A stretch of 51,326 nucleotides of DNA. It comes from Thermodesulfobacteriota bacterium. Its GTDB lineage: Bacteria > Desulfobacterota > Desulfarculia > Desulfarculales > Desulfarculaceae. A program made the translations under genes and the position numbers. Location of the stretch: contig JBFMFU010000009.1 of assembly GCA_040751985.1 (NCBI GenBank), positions 1-51,326 of the forward strand, in the 5' to 3' direction. Below, in pieces: positions 27,545 to 38,854 of this stretch (positions are counted from its first letter, which is position 1; the number at the start of each line of letters is the position of its first letter). The notes beneath the pieces are model-generated. The model made no database searches. It worked only from the letters and a program-made list of their open reading frames with translations, and had not been told where the DNA came from.

Positions 27545-28324
27545 GTGCCTTTCTACGCCGGCATAGACGTGGGCTCGCTCTCTAGCGACGCGGTGATCAT
27601 CGACCAGGAGGGCCAGGTGGTGGGCAGCGCCATCACCGAGACCGGGGCCCACTCCACCCAGGCCGCCGAGCGGGCCCTGGACCTGGCCTTGGCCCAGGCC
27701 GAGCTGAACCGGGGCGACCTGGCCTTTTCCGTGGCCACCGGCTACGGCCGGGTCTCGGTGCCCATGGCCAACAAGGCCATCACCGAGATCTCCTGCCACG
27801 GCTTGGGAGCCCACGCCATCTTTCCCAACACCCGCACGGTTATCGACATCGGCGGCCAGGACTCCAAGGCCATCAGCCTGGACGACAAGGGCAAGGTGGT
27901 GGACTTTGTCATGAACGACAAGTGCGCCGCCGGCACCGGCCGCTTCCTGGAGGTGATGGCCGCCAAGCTGGGCCTGACCCTGGACGACCTGGGCCGCTTG
28001 TCCCTGGCCGCCTCGGGCGAGGTGAGCATCTCCAGCGTGTGCACCGTCTTCGCCGAGAGCGAGGTGGTCTCCCTGGTGGCCCGCAACCACCCCCCGGAGC
28101 AGATCGTCAAGGGCCTGCACCGGGCCATCGTCAACCGGGTGGCGGCCATGGTGGGCGGCCTGGGGGTCAAGGAGGCGGTGACCATGAGCGGCGGGGTGGC
28201 CAAGAACGCCGGGGTGGTGACCCTGATGGCCGAGCGCTTGGGCGTGAAGATTCAGGTGCCGCCCGAGCCTCAGATCGTGGGGGCCCTGGGCGCGGCGCTC
28301 CTGGCCCGGCGGCAGGCGGGATAG
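27545..28324 (+). CDS. CoA-substrate-specific enzyme activase (HgdC/BadF/BcrAD-type ATPase, ASKHA fold)
   Basis: Probable GTG start at 27545 after AAAGGA. YAGIDVGSLSSDAVIID phosphate-1 motif, DIGGQDSK, cluster-ligand Cys. 260 aa like HgdC. Confidence 0.75.
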   Translation: MPFYAGIDVGSLSSDAVIIDQEGQVVGSAITETGAHSTQAAERALDLALAQAELNRGDLAFSVATGYGRVSVPMANKAITEISCHGLGAHAIFPNTRTVIDIGGQDSKAISLDDKGKVVDFVMNDKCAAGTGRFLEVMAAKLGLTLDDLGRLSLAASGEVSISSVCTVFAESEVVSLVARNHPPEQIVKGLHRAIVNRVAAMVGGLGVKEAVTMSGGVAKNAGVVTLMAERLGVKIQVPPEPQIVGALGAALLARRQAG

Positions 28325-28358
28325 GGCCGGCGCGGGGACATTCAGCAGGGAGCCGGGC

Positions 28359-29390
28359 ATGCAGCAGCGGCGATTGGGCAACAGCGGCCTCACGGTCACC
28401 GAAATAGGCTTCGGCGGCATCCCCCTCACCCGCCTGGGTGTGGAGGAGGGCGCGGAGCTGGTGCGCCAGGCCTTTGACCTGGGCTTCCGGTTCTTCGACA
28501 CCGCGCATTTGTACGGCGACTCTGAGGTCAAGATGGGCCTGGGCCTGGCCGGGGTGCGCGAGCAGGTGGTGCTGGCCACCAAGACCCGGGCCCGCGACGG
28601 CGAGACCGCGGCCCGGCACCTGGAGCAGAGCCTAAAGGACCTGCGCACCGACTGGATCGACCTGTATCAACTTCATAACCTCTCCGAGGCCGGCGGCCTG
28701 GAGCAGGCCCTGGCCCCGGACGGCGCCCTGCCGGTGCTGGAAAAGGCGCGCGCGCAGGGGGTGATCCGCGCCCTGGGCTTCAGCTCCCACAACCCGGACC
28801 AGGCCGTGCACGCCATCCACAGCGGCCTGTTCGCCACGGTGCAGTTCGCCTTCAACTTCGTGGAGCACGACACCTACCAGCGGGTCTTTGCCGCGGCCCG
28901 GCAGCGGGGCATGGGCCTGATCGGCATGAAGCCCCTGGGCGGCGGGCTGCTGCAGCGGGCCGACCTGTGCTTTGGCTTTCTGCAGGGCTTTCCCGAGGTG
29001 GTGCCGGTGCCGGGCATCCAGAGCCTGGCCGAGGCCCAGGAGATACTGGCCCTGTACCAGGACCGCCGGCCCCTAAGCCCGCAGGACCACAAGGACATCC
29101 AGAAAATCCGCGATGAGTTGGGCGAGCGCTTCTGCCACCGCTGTGAGTACTGCCTGCCCTGCGAGCAGGGGGTGGCCATCCCGCACGTGATGCTGTTCCA
29201 GACCCAGCAGCGCCGCTTTTCGCCGGAGATGATCAAGAACATCTCGGCCCGGGCCATGGCCACGGTGGAGAACTGCATCCAGTGCGGCCAGTGCGAGGAG
29301 CGCTGCCCCTACGAGCTGCCCATTCCCCAGATGCTGCGCGAGCTGTACCAGGACTACGAGGAGTTCCTGGCCCGGCACGGCCTGGGCTGA
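28359..29390 (+). CDS. aldo/keto reductase with C-terminal 4Fe-4S ferredoxin-like domain
   Basis: AKR N-terminus (LGNSGLTVTEIGFG, FDTAHLYG). C-terminal CHRCEYCLPCE and CIQCGQCEERCP. Confidence 0.75.
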   Translation: MQQRRLGNSGLTVTEIGFGGIPLTRLGVEEGAELVRQAFDLGFRFFDTAHLYGDSEVKMGLGLAGVREQVVLATKTRARDGETAARHLEQSLKDLRTDWIDLYQLHNLSEAGGLEQALAPDGALPVLEKARAQGVIRALGFSSHNPDQAVHAIHSGLFATVQFAFNFVEHDTYQRVFAAARQRGMGLIGMKPLGGGLLQRADLCFGFLQGFPEVVPVPGIQSLAEAQEILALYQDRRPLSPQDHKDIQKIRDELGERFCHRCEYCLPCEQGVAIPHVMLFQTQQRRFSPEMIKNISARAMATVENCIQCGQCEERCPYELPIPQMLRELYQDYEEFLARHGLG

Positions 29391-29525
29391 GCCGGGGCCG
29401 CAACCCTACCTGACGGAAGCCAGGCCGGATCACCCTCAGAGGCGGCTCGGCGGGGCTTTTGGCTAACCAGCAGCAATCAAAGCGCAAACGCCGAGGCGGT
29501 TCTGGCGGCCGGCCTGGTACGCTGC

Positions 29526-30470
29526 TTGCAGCCTATGCCTGCAAAGGAGCGGGCAGGCAGCATGGAAGCGGACAACATCCTCGCGGCCAGGAGGGCGCCG
29601 GGCCGGAGCCTGGCCCTGGAGGACCAGACCCTGCGCGAGGCCCTGCAGATGCACCCCTGGCCCCTGCCGGTGCGGGCCCGGCGGCTGCTGGTGGAGGAGC
29701 TGCGCCGGGCCGGGCTGCGGCGGTTGCAGGTGGGCGCCTTGGTGCGGCGCGACCGCCTGCCCCAGATGGCGCACAGCGACGAGCTGATAAGCAAGATAAA
29801 CCAGTTGCCCGGCCTGGAGGTCTGGGCCCTGGTCCTGAACGAAAAGGGGCTGCAGCGGGCCCGCCAGTGCGGCTTACAGAACGTGGCCCTGTCAGCCTCC
29901 CTGGCGCCCATCCACAGCCAGCGCAACCTGGGCTGCGCGGTGGCCGAGGGTCTGGAGCGCTGCCTGGCCCTGGCCGAGCTGGCCCTGGCCTGGGGCCTGG
30001 GGGTGCGCATGGGCCTGCAATGCGCCTTTGGCGGCCCCATGTTCAAGCCGCCCCAGCCCGAGGAGCTGTTGGCATTACTCAGGCCGTTCAGCCATCTGGG
30101 CGTGCCGCGCCTGGCCCTGGCCGACACCGCGGCCCGGGCCAAGGCCGTGGGCATCGCCGAGACACTGGCCTGCCTGCGGGCCGGCCTGCCCGGCGCGGAG
30201 CTGGGCCTGCACCTACACGGCGAGCCGGAGCAGTTGACAGCCAACCTGGAGGCGGCCTGGGCCGGCGGAGCGGACTGGCTGGACGTGACCCTGGCCGGCC
30301 GCGGGGGCTGCCCGTTTTTGCCCGGCCGGCCGCCGGCCAACCTCTCCACGCGGCAGGCGGTTGAGTTTCTTAACCAAAAAGGCCTGGACTCTGGCGTGGA
30401 CCTGATGCGGCTGGACCGCACGGCCGCGGTGCTGGGCACTTTACTGGCAGACATCGGGGTAGGAGCGTAG
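29526..30470 (+). CDS. divergent HMG-CoA-lyase-like (DRE-TIM metallolyase fold) protein
   Basis: GLHLHGE (cf. GLHFHDTRG) and AGRGGCPF (cf. GLGGCPYA) match HMGL family motifs. The N-terminal RDGxQ catalytic motif is altered to EDQTLRE, so function may differ. Start uncertain. Confidence 0.5.
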   Translation: MQPMPAKERAGSMEADNILAARRAPGRSLALEDQTLREALQMHPWPLPVRARRLLVEELRRAGLRRLQVGALVRRDRLPQMAHSDELISKINQLPGLEVWALVLNEKGLQRARQCGLQNVALSASLAPIHSQRNLGCAVAEGLERCLALAELALAWGLGVRMGLQCAFGGPMFKPPQPEELLALLRPFSHLGVPRLALADTAARAKAVGIAETLACLRAGLPGAELGLHLHGEPEQLTANLEAAWAGGADWLDVTLAGRGGCPFLPGRPPANLSTRQAVEFLNQKGLDSGVDLMRLDRTAAVLGTLLADIGVGA

Positions 30471-30634
30471 CAATAAAGCTACATTAATGTATGAAATAAC
30501 TATAAAGTCTTCTTGTGGGTAACTTTTCAACCCAGGCGTGCGGCCCTGGCCGAGTTCCAGGGATAATTGTCTTATGAGAACAAGCTCTTAGGCTGCCGCC
30601 CCGGCCGGCACCATCCTTGCACCTAAACTCCGGC

Positions 30635-32191
<1,557 letters not shown>

Positions 32192-32518
32192 GTGCCGGCT
32201 TCGCCAGGCGGCGGGATACTGCGTTGCCGGCATCGCTCCAGCCTCGACGTAGTTTAAACTACGCCTCCGGCTGTCGCTCGCCGGACGCCTTGTCTTACGG
32301 CGGCTGGCTGTGCCGGCGGTGGGAGGTTCTGCGTTTCTAGTCGGACTATTTTCTATTTCCTTTTAAGCCGCCTCGTTAAGTCCAGGATTCGTCCACCCTG
32401 CGCCTTTTTCTTTAACGCGACCTGACGTTCAGGTAGAAAAATTTTGCGCCAGTGTAAAAACACCCTGTCCCTCTCTGCCTCTTTTCCTTACCCACCTTTT
32501 TTATTCTTCGGCAATTAA

Positions 32519-33454
<936 letters not shown>

Positions 33455-33474
33455 CCACCTAAACCGCGGACGAG

Positions 33475-33843
33475 ATGGGTAGCGACATGATGATCATGGT
33501 CAGAGCAATTGTGCGGCCGGAGAAGGCCGACGAGGTCCTCAAGGCCCTGATGGACGCCGGGTTCCCCGCGGTCACCAAGTACTCGGTGGCCGGCCGGGGC
33601 AAGCAGCGGGGCATCAAGATCGGACAGATCACCTACGACGAGATACCCAAGACCATGCTGATGTGCGTGATCAAGGCCGAGGACAAGGACTTCATGGTCA
33701 AAACCATCATGGAGGCGGCCCGCAGCGAGGGCAAGGGCGCCTTCGGCGACGGCAAGATATTCATCAGCGAGGTGGAGGACGTGTACACCATCAGCACCGG
33801 GGTCTGCGACACCGCCCCGGCCCCGCAGGAGGCCACGGCATGA
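33475..33843 (+). CDS. nifI1: PII-family nitrogenase regulator NifI1 (GlnB-like)
   Basis: MVRAIVRPEKADEVLKAL..., T-loop region. Exact start is ambiguous (ATG 33475 vs 33490). Confidence 0.8.
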   Translation: MGSDMMIMVRAIVRPEKADEVLKALMDAGFPAVTKYSVAGRGKQRGIKIGQITYDEIPKTMLMCVIKAEDKDFMVKTIMEAARSEGKGAFGDGKIFISEVEDVYTISTGVCDTAPAPQEATA

Positions 33844-34214
33844 AAGAGGTAGTCGCCGTGGTGCGCATGAACACCATGAACCAGACCAAGAAGGCCCTCA
33901 CCAGGGCCGGCATCGACTCCATGTTCGCCCATGAGTGCCAGGGGCGCGGCCGGGGCCTGGTGGACAGCAAGATTCTGGCCGGGGCCAGCGCGGGCTACGA
34001 GGAGGCCATCGCCCTCCTAGGCGAGAAGGGCAAGCTGTACTCCAAGCGCATGCTGACCATGGTGGTTAAGGACAAGCAGGTGGGGGCGGTGGTGCAGGCC
34101 CTGATGGAGACCAACCGGACCGGCAAGCCCGGCGACGGCAAGATCTTCGTGCTGCCGGTGAGCGACGCCGTCCGGGTGCGCACCGCTGAGGCCGGCGACA
34201 AGGCCCTTAGCTGA
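33840..34214 (+). CDS. nifI2: PII-family nitrogenase regulator NifI2
   Basis: MKEVVAVVRMNTMNQTKKAL..GDGKIFVLPV. ATGA overlap with the nifI1 stop. Confidence 0.8.
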   Translation: MKEVVAVVRMNTMNQTKKALTRAGIDSMFAHECQGRGRGLVDSKILAGASAGYEEAIALLGEKGKLYSKRMLTMVVKDKQVGAVVQALMETNRTGKPGDGKIFVLPVSDAVRVRTAEAGDKALS

Positions 34215-34240
34215 ACATCGGGACACAGAGAGCGCAGAAG

Positions 34241-35881
34241 ATGCCCGCAACAGAAGAGAAGCTGGTCCGCCTGGACCCCGCCGAGATCAAGGAGGAGATG
34301 CTGAGGAAGTATCCCCCCAAGGTGGCCCGGCGGCGTGCCAAGCAGATTTTGATCAACGAGGCCCTGGAGAACAGCACCCCCGAGATTACGGCCAACGTGC
34401 GCACCATCCCCGGCATCATCACCATGCGGGGCTGCACCTACGCCGGCTGCAAGGGCGTGATCATGGGGCCCACCCGGGACATCGTCAACATCACCCACGG
34501 CCCCATCGGCTGCGGCTTCTACTCCTGGCTCACGCGCCGCAACCAGACCGACGCCTCGGCCCCCGGCGCCGAGAACTACATGACCTACTGCTTCAGCACC
34601 GACATGCAGGACAAGGACATCATCTTCGGCGGCGAGAAGAAGCTGGAGGCGGCCATCCAGGAGGCCTACGACCTGTTCCACCCCAAGGGCATCGCGGTCT
34701 TCGCCACCTGCCCGGTGGGGCTGATCGGCGACGACATCCACGCCGTGGCCGCCAAGATGAAGAACAAGCTGGGCGATTGCAACGTCTTCGCCTTTTCCTG
34801 CGAGGGCTACAAGGGCGTGTCCCAGTCCGCCGGCCACCATATCGCCAACAACCAGGTGTTCCGGCATTTGGTGGGGCTCAACGACCAGGGCAGGCCCGGC
34901 CAGTACCGCATCAGCCTGCTGGGCGAATACAACATCGGCGGCGACGGGTTCGAGATCGACCGCATCCTGACCAAGTGCGGCATCACCAACGTGGCCACCT
35001 TCAGCGGCAACTCCAGCTACGACCAGTTCACCAGCGCCCACACCGCGGACCTGAACGCCGTGATGTGCCACCGCTCCATCAACTACGTGGCCGACATGCT
35101 GGAGATCAAGTACGGCATCCCCTGGATCAAGGTGAACTTCATCGGGGCCGGGGCCGCGGCCAAGAGCCTCAGGAAGATCGCTCAGTACTTCGGCGAGCAG
35201 GCGCTCATGGACCGGGTGGAGGAGGTGATCGCCGAGGAGATGCCGGCGGTGGAGGCGGTGGCGGCCGAGGTGCGGCCGCGCACCGAGGGCAAGACGGCCA
35301 TGCTCTTCGTGGGCGGCTCCCGGGCCCATCACTACCAGGAGCTGTTCAAGGAGCTGGGCATGCGGACCATCAGCGCCGGCTACGAGTTCGCCCACCGCGA
35401 CGACTACGAGGGCCGCCAGGTGCTGCCGGGCCTCAAGGTGGACGCCGACTCGCGCAACATCGAGGAGATTGAGGTGGAGCCGGACCAGAGCCGCTACAGC
35501 CCGCGCAAGAGCGAGGAAGAAATCAAGGCCCTGGCCGAGGCCGGCCTGCAGCTCAAGAAATACGACGGCATGATCCCGGGCATGGAATCCGGCACCCTGG
35601 TCATCGACGACCTGAACCAGTACGAGGCCGAGAAGATGGTGGAGATGCTCAAGCCGGACATCTTCTGCGCGGGCATCAAGGAGAAGTTCTCGGTGCAGAA
35701 GCTGGGCATACCCATGAAGCAGCTGCACTCCTACGACTCCGGCGGCCCCTACGCCGGCTTCAAGGGGGCCATCAGCTTCTACCGCGAGATCGACCGCCTG
35801 GTGAACAGCAAGGTCTGGGGCTACCTCAAGGCCCCCTGGCAGGAGAACCCCGAGCTCTCGGCCAGCTACGTCTGGGAATGA
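34241..35881 (+). CDS. nifD: nitrogenase MoFe protein alpha chain NifD
   Basis: GCTYAGCKGV, HGPIGCGFYSW, FeMo-co and P-cluster ligand Cys/His pattern. Confidence 0.9.
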   Translation: MPATEEKLVRLDPAEIKEEMLRKYPPKVARRRAKQILINEALENSTPEITANVRTIPGIITMRGCTYAGCKGVIMGPTRDIVNITHGPIGCGFYSWLTRRNQTDASAPGAENYMTYCFSTDMQDKDIIFGGEKKLEAAIQEAYDLFHPKGIAVFATCPVGLIGDDIHAVAAKMKNKLGDCNVFAFSCEGYKGVSQSAGHHIANNQVFRHLVGLNDQGRPGQYRISLLGEYNIGGDGFEIDRILTKCGITNVATFSGNSSYDQFTSAHTADLNAVMCHRSINYVADMLEIKYGIPWIKVNFIGAGAAAKSLRKIAQYFGEQALMDRVEEVIAEEMPAVEAVAAEVRPRTEGKTAMLFVGGSRAHHYQELFKELGMRTISAGYEFAHRDDYEGRQVLPGLKVDADSRNIEEIEVEPDQSRYSPRKSEEEIKALAEAGLQLKKYDGMIPGMESGTLVIDDLNQYEAEKMVEMLKPDIFCAGIKEKFSVQKLGIPMKQLHSYDSGGPYAGFKGAISFYREIDRLVNSKVWGYLKAPWQENPELSASYVWE

Positions 35882-35905
35882 TCAGGCTCGACAAGGACGC
35901 GAACC

Positions 35906-37285
35906 ATGCTGCTTAGACATACGCCAGAAGAAATCAGCCTGCGCCAGGCCTTGACTATCAACCCGGCCAAGACCTGCCAGCCCATCGGCGCCATGTACGC
36001 GGCCTTGGGGCTGCACGGCTGCCTGCCCCACAGCCACGGCTCCCAGGGCTGCTGCGCCTACCACCGCAGCACCCTGACCCGGCACTACAAGGAGCCCATC
36101 AGCGCGGGCACCAGCTCCTTCACCGAGGGCGCCAGCGTGTTCGGCGGCCAGGCCAACCTGCTGCAGGCCATCGAGAACATCTTCACGGTCTACGAGCCCG
36201 AGGTGGTGGCGGTGCACACCACCTGCCTATCGGAGACCATCGGCGACGACCTGCCCCAGATCATCGACAAGGCCGGCAAGGAAGGCAAGATACCCTCGGG
36301 CCGGCAGGTGATCTACGCCAACACCCCCAGCTACGTGGGCAGCCACGTCACCGGCTTCGCCAACATGGTCAAGGGCATGGCCCGCCTGGCCGAATCCACG
36401 GGCCACAAGAACGGCAAGGTGAACGTGATCCCGGGCTGGGTGGAGCCGGCGGATATGGAGGAGATCAAGCGCCTGGCCGCCCTGGTGGGGGCGCCCATCA
36501 TCCTGTTTCCGGACACCTCGGGCATACTCAACGGCCCCCTGTCCGGCGAGTTCAAGATGTTCCCCGAGGGCGGCGTGACCATCAGCCAGCTCAAGAGCGC
36601 CGGCGACTCCGTCGGCACCCTGGCCCTGGGCGAGTGGTGCAGCGCCGAGGCGGCCCGCTACCTGGACGCCAACAACAAGGTGCCCTGCCGCATCCTGGAC
36701 ATCCCCATCGGGCTCAAGGCCACGGACCGCTTCGTGGACGCCCTGCGCATCATCAGCGGGGTCAGCGTGCCCGAGGAGGTGAACCACGAGCGGGGCCAGC
36801 TGGTGGACATGATCAGCGACATGCACCAGTACTTCTATCACCAGAAGGTGGCCCTGGCCGGAGACCCGGACCAGCTCATCGCCATGACCGAGTTCCTGGT
36901 CTCCATCGACATGTGGCCCACCCACCTGGTCACCGGCACGCCGGGCAAGGCCTTCGAACAGCGCATACGCGACCTCACCGCCGAGTTGCCCTACGAGGTG
37001 AACGTAAAGGCGGAGCAGAGCGCAGACCTGTTCCTGTTGCATCAATGGATCAAGAAGGAGCCGGTGGACCTGCTTATAGGCAACACCTACCTGAAGTACA
37101 TCGCCCGCGACGAGGACATCCCCCTGGTGCGCTGGGGCTTCCCCATCCTGGACCGGGTGGGGCACCAGTACTTCCCCACCGTGGGCTACAAGGGCGGCCT
37201 GCGGCTCTTGGAGAAGGTCCTCACGGCCCTCCTGGACCGCAAGGACCGCGACGACCCGGAGCAGAGCTTCGAGCTGGTGATGTGA
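35906..37285 (+). CDS. nifK: nitrogenase MoFe protein beta chain NifK (short form)
   Basis: CQPIGAMYAALGLHGCLPHSHGSQGCCAY P-cluster ligands. 459 aa, lacking the long N-terminal extension. Confidence 0.9.
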   Translation: MLLRHTPEEISLRQALTINPAKTCQPIGAMYAALGLHGCLPHSHGSQGCCAYHRSTLTRHYKEPISAGTSSFTEGASVFGGQANLLQAIENIFTVYEPEVVAVHTTCLSETIGDDLPQIIDKAGKEGKIPSGRQVIYANTPSYVGSHVTGFANMVKGMARLAESTGHKNGKVNVIPGWVEPADMEEIKRLAALVGAPIILFPDTSGILNGPLSGEFKMFPEGGVTISQLKSAGDSVGTLALGEWCSAEAARYLDANNKVPCRILDIPIGLKATDRFVDALRIISGVSVPEEVNHERGQLVDMISDMHQYFYHQKVALAGDPDQLIAMTEFLVSIDMWPTHLVTGTPGKAFEQRIRDLTAELPYEVNVKAEQSADLFLLHQWIKKEPVDLLIGNTYLKYIARDEDIPLVRWGFPILDRVGHQYFPTVGYKGGLRLLEKVLTALLDRKDRDDPEQSFELVM

Positions 37286-37324
37286 GGCGCGCGCCCTCGG
37301 GCGCGGCAAGGGAGCAGAGGCGGC

Positions 37325-38488
37325 ATGGACAAGCCAGTGAGCCATCAGGCGGCGGAAAACCACTGCGCCAGCGATCGCCGCGCCTCGGGCAGGGTGCATC
37401 TGCCAATGGCGCCCAAGGCCCTGGCCCGGGTGCGCTTCAGCCCGGACAAGCCCCTGCCCCGGGCCCTGAGCCCGGAGCAGGCCTTAAACTGGCTGGAGTA
37501 CCTGGCCGGGCAGGGCGAGAGCCTCAAGGTGGTCAACATCAATGGCCCGGGCGACCCCCTGGCCACGCCAGAGCTGACCCTGCAGATACTGGGCCTGCTG
37601 CGGGACAAGTACCCCGGCCTCTCGCTGTGCCTGACCACCCTGGGCTTTGGGGCGGCCAAGGCGGCCGGAGCGCTGGCCGAGCTGGGCCTGGCCCACGTGT
37701 CCATCCTGCTGGACGCGGTGGAGCCGGAGGCGGTGCAGCGCATCTACGCCTGGATCAGGCCCGGCACCCGCACCCTGCCCCTGAGCGAGGCGGCTCGGCT
37801 GTTGGTGCAGGAGCAGGCCGCGGCCATCAGCGCCCTGGCCGCCGCGGGCGTGCCGGTGCAGGCCAAGACCACGGTCTATCCGGGCATCAACGCCGAGCAG
37901 GTGCCCGAGGCGGCCCGGCGGGCGGCGGAGCTGGGGGCCGGCGAGATGAAGCTCTTCCCCTTCCTGGCCACCTGCGTGGACTGCCCGCGGCCCACGGGCG
38001 AGACGGACCTGGCGCAGCTGGAGCGCCTGGCCGCGCGGGCCGGCCGCTACCTGCCCACCCAGTTGGTGGACCTGGCCACCTGCCAGCAGATGGCCGAGCG
38101 GGACCTGGCCGCCGCGGCCGGCCCGCGCGCGGCTCTGCCCGTCCCCAGCTCCCAGCGGCCCCATCTGGCTGTGTGCAGCTCCGACGGCTTCCAGGTGGAC
38201 CTGCACCTGGGCCAGGCCGACCAGTACCTGATCTACGGGCCCCGAGACGGCGTCGTGACCCTGTTGGAGACTCGGCCCGCCCCGCCGCCGGGGGCCGGTG
38301 ACTGGCGCTGGCAGCAGGCGGCCCTGGCCCTGAGCGACTGCTTCGCGGTGCTGGCCGCCGCGGCCGGCGAGGCGCCCAAGCGCCTGCTGGCCGAAAAGGG
38401 CCTGGCGGTGCTGGCCCAGGAGGGCAACATCGAGGGCCTGGTGGACGAGCTTTACGGCGGCGGCAAGAAAAAGGGCGGTCGCCGTTAA
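37325..38488 (+). CDS. NifB-like paralog with degenerate (Cys-less) radical-SAM motif plus C-terminal NifX/NafY-like domain
   Basis: Aligns along its length to the bona fide NifB at 41606-42883 (GRVHLP.AP...NGPGDPLA...PGLxLCL...YxWI...). The AP-ACNIKCNYCDRKYAC segment is replaced by APKALARVRFSPDKPL. Other conserved Cys (NHC, LCLTT, TCVDC) are retained. Confidence 0.7.
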   Translation: MDKPVSHQAAENHCASDRRASGRVHLPMAPKALARVRFSPDKPLPRALSPEQALNWLEYLAGQGESLKVVNINGPGDPLATPELTLQILGLLRDKYPGLSLCLTTLGFGAAKAAGALAELGLAHVSILLDAVEPEAVQRIYAWIRPGTRTLPLSEAARLLVQEQAAAISALAAAGVPVQAKTTVYPGINAEQVPEAARRAAELGAGEMKLFPFLATCVDCPRPTGETDLAQLERLAARAGRYLPTQLVDLATCQQMAERDLAAAAGPRAALPVPSSQRPHLAVCSSDGFQVDLHLGQADQYLIYGPRDGVVTLLETRPAPPPGAGDWRWQQAALALSDCFAVLAAAAGEAPKRLLAEKGLAVLAQEGNIEGLVDELYGGGKKKGGRR

Positions 38489-38539
38489 CCAGCCGCGGCC
38501 AGCAGCGCAACACAGGAACCTGGTTCAAGGAGCGAGCAC

Positions 38540-38842
38540 ATGGGCATTCCCGCCAAGCAGATATTGGTCTGCCAGAGCTTCCGCCTGAAGGGAGACCCCC
38601 AGGGCGTCTGCCACAAGAAGACCGACGGCTTTCTGCAGTACCTGGAGGAAGAGATTCTGGACCGGGGCCTGGACTGCCAGGTCATCGCCACCGGCTGCCT
38701 GAAGCAGTGTGAGAACGGCCCGGCCATGGTGGTGCAGCCCAACAACTGGTGGTTCAAGGGCGTGGACAGCCAGGACGCCATCGACGCCATCCTGGACGGC
38801 CTGGAGAGCGGCGCCCCGCCCGCGGACTACCTGATCGCCTGA
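38540..38842 (+). CDS. thioredoxin-like [2Fe-2S] ferredoxin
   Basis: 100 aa. Cys at LVCQSF, GVCHKK, TGCLKQCE. Typical small Fd in nif clusters. Confidence 0.7.
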   Translation: MGIPAKQILVCQSFRLKGDPQGVCHKKTDGFLQYLEEEILDRGLDCQVIATGCLKQCENGPAMVVQPNNWWFKGVDSQDAIDAILDGLESGAPPADYLIA

Positions 38843-38854
38843 AGGAGATCGGCC

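Noticed and set aside
27494-28648. 384-aa minus-strand ORF and other overlapping ORFs (27742-28203 -, 27922-28407 +)
   Set aside because: Antisense or alternate frames of the activase and AKR genes. Pro/Gly/Arg-rich.
29459-30454. ORFs 29459-30364 (+) and 29477-30454 (-) overlapping the HMGL-like gene
   Set aside because: PG/RA-rich low-complexity translations. The 29526 frame carries recognisable HMGL family motifs.
30607-30621. GGCAC-N5-TTGCA sigma-54-like motif upstream of nifA
   Set aside because: It lies only about 14 nt before the nifA ATG (30635) and overlaps the TTG start of the track ORF. That would give an essentially leaderless transcript. Retained only as a possibility.
34777-38528. 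Numerous ORFs overlapping nifD, nifK and the nifB-like gene in other frames or strands (e.g. 33995-35728 -, 36227-37399 -, 36634-38301 +, 37887-38528 -)
   Set aside because: GC-driven open frames. The nif reading frames are unambiguous by conserved motifs.
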